Positions 27,131 through 37,900 of a stretch of DNA of 64,000 nucleotides are shown one piece after another. The position numbers and the translations under genes are program-made. The notes below the pieces were generated by a model. That model was not told where the DNA came from. It did not search any database and worked only from the letters and a program-made list of their open reading frames with translations. Position 1 is the first letter of the stretch. Each line of letters starts with the position of its first letter. Source of the stretch: Sphagnum compactum (Eukaryota); contig OZ234494.1 in NCBI GenBank assembly GCA_965153455.1, positions 1,178,001-1,242,000 on the forward strand, written 5' to 3'.

Positions 27131-27202
27131 GTCGTTGTAGTATAGTGGTAAGTATTCCCGCCTGTCACGCGGGTGACCCGGGTTCGATCCCCGGCAGCGG
27201 CG
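27131..27202 (+). tRNA. trnD-GUC: tRNA-Asp (GUC)
   Basis: 72-nt plant cytosolic tRNA-Asp sequence gtcgttgtagtatagtggt...cccgc-ctGTCac-gcggg...ggttcgatccccggcagcggcg, with A and B boxes and a T6 Pol III terminator at ~27222. Confidence 0.97.
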
Positions 27203-28913
27203 ATCCGATAAAAAGCAAAGCTTTTTTCTTATGTAACCTTTTCTTTACATTAAGGTGAAGAAAGCAAGTGATGCTTTTGCCAAAAACCCACCAAATCCTG
27301 AATCCATCTCCAGAATTATGGAGAAAGAGGGAGTATACGTGTTAAGGATTGGATAGTAATACGGTTGTGGCCAATGCAGTGCAATTTTTGGGTTTATAAT
27401 GAAGATGGGGAAGGGAGGGAATTTGAAAGCTTTTTGACAGTCCCACTGTATAAGTCCTCTTCGTGTCTGACTCAAGATGTTACAAATCACACAGCTTCAA
27501 TGAATCTCTAAGCAGGTATTATGGTTGTGTAGCAAACAAATTATGGAGGTGAGCAGTTACTGTTCCTCCACTAATATTCTGAGTAGTAATATTATCCATT
27601 CACTGAATGGACTACACTCTGTGTCTGCATTTGCTGCCTGGCTTCTCTGATCATACACCCATTGACCACCCTCAGCTAGATGGATCACTTTGTTTTCTCT
27701 ACACATGACTTACCAGGCTCTCTCTATATACATACACTCAGTTCTTGCTTCCTCTCACTTGTTACTAGAACCCAGCTTCGATTGACCAATGCTTGATTGT
27801 CCATCTGCATCCACACCCAGAATCTCAATTTCTATCTCTCACTCTGAACATCCTGGAAAACGTCTACAGAACGTTTCTGGTGAAACCCTATCAAATTTTA
27901 TAAAAAAGAAAAAGCACCCATCTGGAAGGGGAAAGTAATGAACAACAAGAGAGGACCAACATCAAACCAAGAGACAGCACCCAAAAAGTGCAAATGTTTC
28001 TCCTCTGCCTAGAGCCCATGATCCAGTGATCCTGTTCATCATCATCACAACCACTTCAGTTATCATGTGGAAATAGTCTGTATGTACATCATATTAGGGT
28101 GACTAGGTGCAGAAATTGATTCACACCATAACTTGATGACCTCAAACCCGATCAATTCTGAAAACGGCAAACCAAGGTGACATACATCTCAAGAGCATGG
28201 AGTTTTCTGAGTGCACATTGTCATCACCCATCAAAACAGATAACCAATAATCTCTTTACTGATCACTGTGCCCATATGTAGACCTAAGATAGATACAAGG
28301 TCACCAAGACTCAGAGTTGTCCTTCTACCCTAAGCCAACTGCTCTCCACATTAAAAAATTCCCAGTTGCTAATCGCCCCCAATTTAAGTTGTTTAGCCTC
28401 CTTTGGATGTTTCCAGAAGCATCTACAAAGCATCTCACATATCTTCCTGAACAACCTTCTCAAAGCTTAATTACTTCCTGAATTAAACCCAGCTGCCATA
28501 ACAAATCAGCAGAGTTGATTTATTGGTCGCTTCACATAACACTGCATTCAAAAATTTGTTCAGCAAGAGCTTAAGTAGACCTGATACAGTGTTACACTTG
28601 AACTTATTCTTTGTAATCCTAAATCTGCATTAACGTCAGACACCAGGGATATCAAACATGGAATTTACATGATCAAGGTTTTGAAGCCCAGTCTTCACAG
28701 ATTGTTCACCATTTTCCATCTGGAAATTTCTTTTTCCTGATCTGATCATTTGGGTTTTCAAGTTTGGCCTCATCAATTTTTTGATTAATGAAACCACCTT
28801 CGCACCAACTTCCTTCATCTCTTGTTATTCCGTCTTCTTTTTCTTATTAATAAATCTTATCATCAATGTTAGTTAAGGTTAATATCAATGTTTTGCTTTT
28901 CTTTCTTTCTTAT

Positions 28914-29210
28914 TGAAACTCAAACAATTGACAGCCATTGACAGCCATTGAAATGGAATTCCTGCAATAAGATGTGCAATAAAATCTTGCTATATATTGC
29001 TCCAATACCGTATTCACCTCTTTCTATAAACTTCCTAACATGACGAATTCTTCAGTGTTTGAAATGGATGAGTCTGAAAAAATTCTCTAACATGGATGTG
29101 AAGACACTAAAGTTGCATAATGTCATCAACTATAAAAACAAAAGCATTTTATTTCCATTGGGAGTTTAGGCTTTTGTGTAGTTAGGGCCACTTTAGACTA
29201 TGGATTCAAC
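28914..29210 (+). repeat. diverged duplicated segment, copy 1 (paralog of 46614-46938)
   Basis: Shared blocks tgaaactcaaa(c/g)aattgaca, aaattctctaacatggatgt and tgtagttagggccactttagactatggattcaa. Confidence 0.8.
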
Positions 29211-29740
29211 ATCAAGGGTACAAAGACACCCAAAACATGCTAAATTTTATACAATTATCATACTTGAAACAATAGTTTCATGAAAAACCAAAAGATGTGC
29301 ATCAAAATTTACCAAAAGGTGTACTAAAAATGAAGTCAAGACAACCGGACATGCATCCCTTATTTCACATTTTATTACAACCCACAAACCAATAGCCCAT
29401 GTGATTGGGACCAATGTTGGGACGGTAGGAATATTGATTTGCCTGCTGGGGTAAGGGTTCACATATGATATTTCTTTTAAATTACCTTCAAGGTAGAGAG
29501 TATTTATGCTATCATATTCAAAATTACCCTCACTTGAGGTAAAAAGAAAAGGTAAAATTGATGAGATGGAGGTTACTTTGGAGCATTTGTGAATTTGACA
29601 TGGGTTTTCTTTGGATGTAGATTGCAGTTTCTCTCTAGTAGATTGACATAGTTGCTTAAATTCATCTAGTGATAATCAATTGATTCTTGTGCATCTTGGC
29701 ATTATTGTGAATTATTGCTTGGATGGTTGTTGTTTTCTAG

Positions 29741-30080
29741 GTTGGCGACCTAGTTTGTCAAAAATCAAGCATCAAACTATGGTGTCAAGAGGTGTATGAG
29801 GAACACTTCGATGATGGCATCAAAATTACTAAATGGTACCAGCACAATGGTCACAAAAAAAGTGAGTAAAGGGGTTAAAAGTCTAAAAGTCTTACTGATA
29901 ATGTTTTAACAAAAATAACTTGACAAAGTTCAAGCCACTGGGGTCATTAGGATGGCTCATGATTCACTAGTTCTTGCCTTCAAGTTTTTGTTGGTGTGGA
30001 GGTTGATGTTTTCTCCTTTGGAATAGTAATGTGGGAGCTTATAACAGGGGAGGAGACTTTGCATTATGGTGCCATCATAG
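29741..30080 (+). pseudogene. two decayed exons of a B4/PB1-type Raf-like MAPKKK kinase domain
   Basis: Exon 29741-29861 resembles [41 protein letters not shown] with frameshifts and stops. Exon 30002-30080 reads [18 protein letters not shown](deletion)LHYGAIIG. Both are bounded by AG/GT. Confidence 0.78.
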
Positions 30081-33000
30081 GTTAGGTTTGAATTCCAAAT
30101 GTTTGTGATAACACTTAAGCAAAAAAATCAGTTTGAATTCCCAATTAAACACCCCATCAATCCTTGAATTGTTTTCCCTTATTGCATTTAACATAATAGC
30201 TGCAACAACAACATTTGTATGATTTTATAGCCAACAATGAATAGGAGTAGAAAACTTTTGTCGTTTTGCTTTTTCAATCCCTTTGAGATTAAACTTGAAG
30301 CAAAACCCCTAGACCTTAAACCCTAAATGTTTACTTTTCATCCTATCTATTAACCTTAAATTGGCACTTTGATTTTAGAACCTTGAAACTCTAATCCCAC
30401 CTTGTTGATTGATCTCTAATAACTCAAATATGTGTTTTGCTATTATTTATGATGAAAATTTCTTCTCTTGATTTAAGGTATAATGATACCTTTTGCAAGC
30501 TATTGACAATATTGCAAAGAATTCAAGCATATGGTACTCATTCATTTCATGTGCTTCACACAACTATCAACATTAATGAAAAAACAATTGGGAGTTGCAT
30601 TTGAGAGTTTTATACAATGATGACAAATTTAACATTCTCTCAATTGTGTCCAACTTTGTGAATACATGAGGTCTATCTTCATTCCCAAGTTGGGATTAGC
30701 AACTTGTGATTTTTGCAAATGAATAAGATAAAATGTGTTAATTTTATTAGCATCACATTGTCACATTAAAATCCAACAAATGTTTTCATAAGGCTTGTTT
30801 AAACACCCTTGGCAAATAGGTTTCAAATTTGCAAGGATTAATCCAATGTCAACTATTTTTTGTATTCAAGTTTTTAATTGTTGGATTTTGTGAATTTATT
30901 TGGCAGGAAGATGGGGAAATCTATTGTGAGTTGTAAAGATCGACTTGTTACAAAAGTAAGAAACTAGTTTTCTACAAGTGATTTTATGTTATAATAATGG
31001 AATGTATTAAGACGCATTCAATTCTGTGATAAAGAGGTTTTTCAAGCTATTGACACCATGGTTTGTAAGTCTAATCTTGCTTCTTATGTTTCGGTCACTA
31101 ATATGGCAACAAACACATGTGTGATTGTCATTATTGTTTTGGGGTTTAGAGGTTGAAATTGCATTTCTTTGGCAATCGATGTGGGCATTACTTCTTGACA
31201 TGATTTTCCAGTCTAATGGTTCAAATTTGATTACAAATCTATCAGAATATCCAATTAGTCATGAATCCAACCAATCAAATGTAGCCATAATCAAAAGTGT
31301 TATGAAAAAAATTTAAAAAGAAACTAAAAATAAGACTAAACCATAAGATGACAAATGTCTAGGACCAAAATAGATTTTGAATGTTTTGATAGAGATAAAT
31401 GGAAAAAACTATCTTCAAACAATTATGGTCCATTGAAAATCACAGCCTCATTGGGTGACTTATAATTTTGCATAATGAAATCATCATCCTAGCAACCTCA
31501 AACAATATCATGAAGGTTTTGTCATGGAATGTGAATGGCTTACGAATACTCACTATGAAAAAATCATGTTCATTGCAACTTGTCTGTTCAGTTATAATTT
31601 AATTTTATCAAACAATTTTTAGTTGTAATCTAATTGCATCGAATTCTTTAGTATCGAACAAGTTGCAACGGACACAATTTTCTCATAGTGACTTTTGAAA
31701 AAGAAAGGTGTTGAACATGCACAAGGATCATTGATTGGCCACCTAGCCTTTCGAGAAACTTTTGACATTCTTTGACAAAAGATGAAATTACAAGTACACA
31801 AGTTTTTTTCTTAATTCCTTCTTATGTTTCAAATGAGTCTTTGGACATTTTTGACAATTAAAAACCTATTTATTATTGTTTGTCCTCCATGTTGAACATG
31901 TGGGGTTTGCTTGGAATATGACATTAAGTATATGTTTAGTTTTGAATTATGAATGTTCTTGTGTTGCCATGTGCCCTTTGACCTTATGTGAACATACTAT
32001 GAACATGGTTCTTGTGGATAATTTGTTGGGTTTATTTTTATAATGTATTCTTATTTTGTTATCTCTATTAAAAAAAAAATCATTCTTATGCATTTTCTTG
32101 TAGTTTTTACACTTCTTATGGTTGTTATCCTTTGAGTACTTTTGTTGAGGATCTTTAGGAGCTTTATTTTTTAAATTTTTAAGTTCTATTATTTTTCTTT
32201 CCTCTTACATATAATGCCTTACTATGAAATGATGAAAATGTACTACATGGACAAGAAAAGCATGTTGAAGAGATATAAAAATCTTTGTCAAAAAACTATG
32301 CAAAAAGCAGTTGGAAACATTGGGAATATAGTCATCCCTCGTTTAAGGAATATTTGTATTGTATTGTTTTTTTGGTTAGGTTTGTTAAAGATATATGTTT
32401 ATATATAATCGTGTTAGCAACCTATAATGGCTTCTTGTTGATTTTAATGAAGCATATAATAAACCTTTATTTGTGCAATATGGATTGGGCATTTTAGAAC
32501 ATGATACCTAGGGCCAAAAAAATATGGCAGAATTCAATGAGTTGTTACAGCGTTATCAATTACGTCCCCAACTTTGGCAACAATAGACTGGTGTTTACAC
32601 ATTTCTTATATTATTTTTGAAAGAGATTGAAGAGATTAAAGTGACCCAATGGACCTCTAGAATCAATATGTGTTACAAATATCATATTTTTCAATCTGAA
32701 AGTTGAAGATTTGTTTGTTTACAAAAAAATTTGTGAAATATAAATAGTGTAAATCCATTTTCACCATAGAATTATGTACATGTGGGTGAAAAATAAATCA
32801 ACTTACATTTTTGAATGTGAATGTTGATGAACACTAGATAGGGTGCCACTTTCTAATGTTCATTCATGGCATGCATATTTTGGGAGTAACTACTTGTTGA
32901 AGATGTTATTGGTAAGCACAAGAATCATGTTTACAAATTCTCTATCATGCAATAGATTTGTGAAACTTGAAGGCAATCATTCTTTACTTTCAGAATAAAG

Positions 33001-33750
33001 GTTGTAATAACAAGAGATTGATTCTAATACATTTAAACTTTTTCTCCTAAATACCTATCTTTCAGATGTCTCTTTAATGAAACAACCCAAGGTTATCATT
33101 TATGAAACAGTGGATTGCAATTAGATGGGAAGCAAATGGAATTGGGAGTAATTAAACACCAACTTATGCTTTAAAACACTATTTGAAAAAACAAAATTTG
33201 TGAAGATTTTTTGAACATAACATATTTTGGTGGAGATTCTTTAAACATATATTTATATAATAATAAATAGCAAGATTTTTTTTCATTAGATTTTGAAAAT
33301 TAATATTTAAATGAAATATTTTGGAATAAGAAATCACCCATGGAAGTGACCTTGGCTCCTATTGTCATGTTTGAACCCATGTGTCCTTTTCTCCCCTTCC
33401 TTCTTGGCCAACAACTTTGTGTAACATTGAAATTACTAACAATTTGTAATGAAGTTCAGCAAGTTTTGATCATCAACTTTTTAAAGTCAATGGATTAGTT
33501 GAAACAATCTTCCTTTGAGTGTAGAGACCATTGCTATATTGTCTTGGTGGTTCAAGAAAATTACTTTTCTAAGTTGTTGTCATGAATCCTTTTATGTTTT
33601 TCCTCATTGAAGGGAACAGTTGACAACTCAGTAGGAGGTGTTGTGCAGCCATGATACTCCATTGAAATGGAACTAAACTATTGTGTTGACACCCTATGAA
33701 ATTAAAAATATTTTCAATGGATGGCAGAAGGTTCATTTGTAAGAAGTAAG

Positions 33751-34883
33751 TGTAACCAAAAAGGAAAGGGAATATGAAAAGAACAAATACAATGGCACAT
33801 AAAAGCATCCAACAAAGTTTGAATCTCGGGAATCCTACAACAAATCACATTACTTGACTTGTGGTATGCCATAGTCAACGAGATCAATTACTGGTGTCTG
33901 CTTATTTTGATAGCACCCATTTTGGTACATCTGTGCGTATCTTCATTTACACATTTTCCTATTGGCAATGTCCTATTGGTAGATTAACAACCATTCACTA
34001 CATTAAAACTCCAGAAACTATTTGAAGTATGGCTTTGAAGTCAGAACCCTCAGTCACTGCTAAACACTTTCCCACTTAATGCAACAATGCAACATAACAA
34101 CAATTTTCTCATTTGCAAATTTTAACCCTGCAGACCCTTGAATTCAATATCCTGAACATGATTGTGAATAGCAAACGTAAAGTTCACTTAGAACCATTCA
34201 AGGAGACAAACATTGATGTAGGAGTATATTACAATTTTTTTCTCTTCAAGCTTTCCACATTCTTGACCTTGTTCTTCTTAGTCTACCCAACTTGAGGATA
34301 CCCCTTTTGAGGTTTTTGGCACCTACCCTGACAGCTATTCTACAACACAGATTCAAGGTACTGCAACAAAAGTAGACTCTCCCAAATGCAGTTGAACTTC
34401 AATATGCCATTCAGTTCTACAACTTGGACCCCTTCCGTTGTCATCATCCTTCAAGCATCAACCCCTCATAGTTATTCTTACTTCTAACTAATGTTATTCT
34501 GCTAAGTCATTGGCGCAACAAAGTTCAACAACACTTAGCCTAATAGTTTGAAAAACTGCACACAACCAGAAAATTACATCCCACAAAAAGAACCTGTACC
34601 TATCTCCTTCATACTGCCTTTTATCCTTACCTCCTACCGTCCATTCTCAAACCTTCTTCAATGCAGTTGCTCCCTCCACCATCCATCATTCGGCACAACT
34701 CCTATTCTCCATAACATACAAACAAACAAGGTTGCCTACCCATGCATTCCTTGCAACAGCAATAGGATAAGTTTTTGCCACAAGCGCGTAAAAAGGTGAC
34801 GGCTAATGGAAACAATAAAACAAAAACAAAACCCTAAAAATATGTGTGTTCACATTATTAGGGTGACCTGTTGTTTGGTCACA
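33751..34883 (-). repeat. 3' LTR
   Basis: tgtaaccaaa...tttggtcaca (9/10 inverted termini); direct repeat of 41885-43023. Confidence 0.92.
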
Positions 34884-34890
34884 TATGTAA

Positions 34891-34904
34891 CCCCTCCATT
34901 CCTT
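34891..34904 (-). other. polypurine tract of the LTR element
   Basis: Minus strand aaggaatggagggg, 7 nt before the 3' LTR. Confidence 0.7.
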
Positions 34905-34928
34905 AAAAAGCTAAGTCCCTCAACTTCA

Positions 34929-37900
34929 TCAATCCTATAGAACATGATAGATTTGAAGATCCTTGCGAGATCTTTCCCACTGATGTCCATCAGCATCCTT
35001 AATGATGCATACTATGTTGCCTTCTTCAAAATCAAAGTTCCCTTTCCCATCTGCATGTCCAATGAATTGGTATGGACTTTCCTAGCTTGCAGTTAAAGCT
35101 TTCTTCTTCCTTGGTTTCTTCATTTGACCATGGTTTCTCCAGCAACTAAACCTTCAAAAGTTTGCTTACCTTTTTTGGTAGCATAGGTCTTCCTCTGTTT
35201 CTTCTATGCTTGCTCAACATTGAGTAAAACATTTTCATGGATGCTTGCCATTAGCTTCATCTTCTGTAGAAATTGTGTTGCAGCAGTTTCAACATCAACA
35301 TTATCATCAACCATAGCAGTCAAAAAATGTAGGTAATTGTGAGCCCTAAGGCATGGCGTGTGACTAGTCATGATCATGAATGGAGAAAACTTGGTACTAG
35401 ACTGAATCCCGCATATATACCCAAACATGACCTTAGCTAGTTGCTCATCCCAACAGTCTATATTCTCTGGTGTTGCAAAGAGTATGGTGCTACCATGTTT
35501 GATAATCTTAATTAAGCACTCCACCATCCCATTACATTGTGGCCATTGGGGTGCCATGTGTTGATGTTGGATACTGTAATCCTTACACATAACATCAAAC
35601 TTTGTTGCCCATTCCCCTCCATTATCAGTAAGCACAAACTTGGGAACTCCATATCTACATATCACATCATCTTCCAAGAATTTTGCTGCTATTTTAGTAC
35701 CATGGTTAGCCATAGCCTTTGCCTCACACCACTTTGAATAGTGATCAATAGCAACAAGGATGTATTTGTTCCCTGACTTGGTTTCAAGTAATGGCCCCAC
35801 AGTATCTAGAGCTACACTATAAAACAGTTCACAAACAGGTATGCTTTTCATTTCCTCATCTCCCGAGCGCATGCTGCCCACTCTTTTCACCATTCGGCAC
35901 TGCTGGCACCTTCTTACAATTGTCTTTACATCCTTTGTTTTGCTATGCCAGAAGAATCTAGGGCAAATTTCACCCAGGGTCCTTTTTTCTCCAAAGTGCC
36001 CCAAATCTTCATGCATTTGGACTACAAGTGCCATTCTATCGTCTGGTTTGGGCACAAACAAACCCATGAAGTAAAGCTTTTGCTCCCACCAACAATAATG
36101 GATTATTCTCTTTCTGGCCCTCTTGGCTTCCTCAGGATTCCACTGTGTCTAATAGCATGCCTTCTCTCAACAGTCCAAGGCAAACTGTGTCCTCCCATAT
36201 GTCAATGTTCTTTATATCCATCCCACATGTTTCCTACTCATCAGAATCTGTATGATTTGACTCATGGTCACCAAACTTTGACAATTCTTGAACAGCCAGC
36301 ACCAACTCCAATTGCTACTGTCTATCATAGTATTTAGGTGTCTTCCTCTTTAGTGTTTTCTTGCCATCAGTGGTTCTCAAAATGTTATCTTCTCCATTGC
36401 CTGCTGCCCCCACATCCTCCATCTGTGAAGCAGTCTCTTCAACCTGGTCTACTTCTGTTATAACATCAAGCATATATAATTGGTGATCCTCTGAACAACA
36501 CCAGTGGTTGATGCCAAAACAACATTTATGGTGTTGTGTCAATTTCCTTATCTACCTCCTAAGACCAAACCAATCTGAGTCTTCACCAGTTCGCACAAAG
36601 AACAACTTTTCCTCTGTTTTTGTCGTGTCAGACTATATAGTTCCAATATCCTAGATCTCCTCACTGAAAATATCATCATCTGTGGCTTGACCCATTGGAT
36701 TTCTGTTTAAAGCATCAACTTTGGTATGCTTCAATCCTGGTCGGTGCAGTATCTTAAAACTGAAATCCTGCAGCATATCAATCCACCTACCCCTCCTGCC
36801 ATGTGCATCTGACACTGTTGCTAACCATTTAAGCGGCTTGTGATCTGTTCTCAGAGTGAAATGGTTTCTATGCAGATACTGTCTGAAATGCATAATACCC
36901 CATATTAGCGCGTAGCATTCCCCTTCCATGGGGTGGAATTTCCTTTGTGCTACTATCAAGCTCTTGCTAGCATAAGCCACAACTTTTTCAAACCTGCCTT
37001 CCTTCTGAGACAAGATGGCACCTACACCTTTTGGTGACCAATCAACATCAAGACAAAATGGCTTCTTGAAGTCAGGTCTTACAAGCACGAGAACATTTAT
37101 AAGTGCTTTCTTCAGAGCCTCAAATGCTTGTTGGCAGTCTAGATTCCACACAAAATCAACATTTCTTTTTGTTAACTCAAACAATGGAGCAGCCAACCGT
37201 GAATAACCTCGGACATAATTCTAGTAATATCTAGTCAGTCCTAGAAAAGACCTAATGTTGGTAACCGTCCTTGGTTCTAGGAAGTGCAATACTGCATCAA
37301 TCTTGCTAGGATCTGGTTTAGTGCCTTCATTACTAACCACATGACCTAAAAACGTGATACTTTTTGTAGCAAAACAACACTTGCTTGGGTTTAGTTTTAG
37401 GTTTACCTCTTTGAGTCTAAAGAATACAACATCCAAGTGTTGAAGATGTTCTTCCCAATTTTCGCTGCGTATATTGAGATCGTCAACAAATATCTTGAGA
37501 AATTTGTCTCCCAACTCTTTAAAAATTACTGACATTGTCCTTGTGAAGGTGCTGGTTACATTTTAAAAACCAAATGGCATGACTGTCCAGTCATACAGCC
37601 CAGTCTTAATAATTAATGTTGTTTTCTTAATGTCTTCAGGAGCCATTCGAATCTGCCAAAAACCAGACTGTAAATCCAATGCAATAAACCAGGCTGATTT
37701 TCCTAGCTGGGAAATCACATCGTCAACAAGAGGCATTGGAAACGAATCTTGGCGGGTCTGCATGTTGAGTAGTTGATAATCTCCATAGAAACGCCTACTC
37801 CCATCCTTTTTTACTGGCAGTATGACACAACATGCATACTCCGAATTGTTGGGCTTCATCTTGCCCAAATCTACCAGTACATCAATATGTCTTTTTACTT

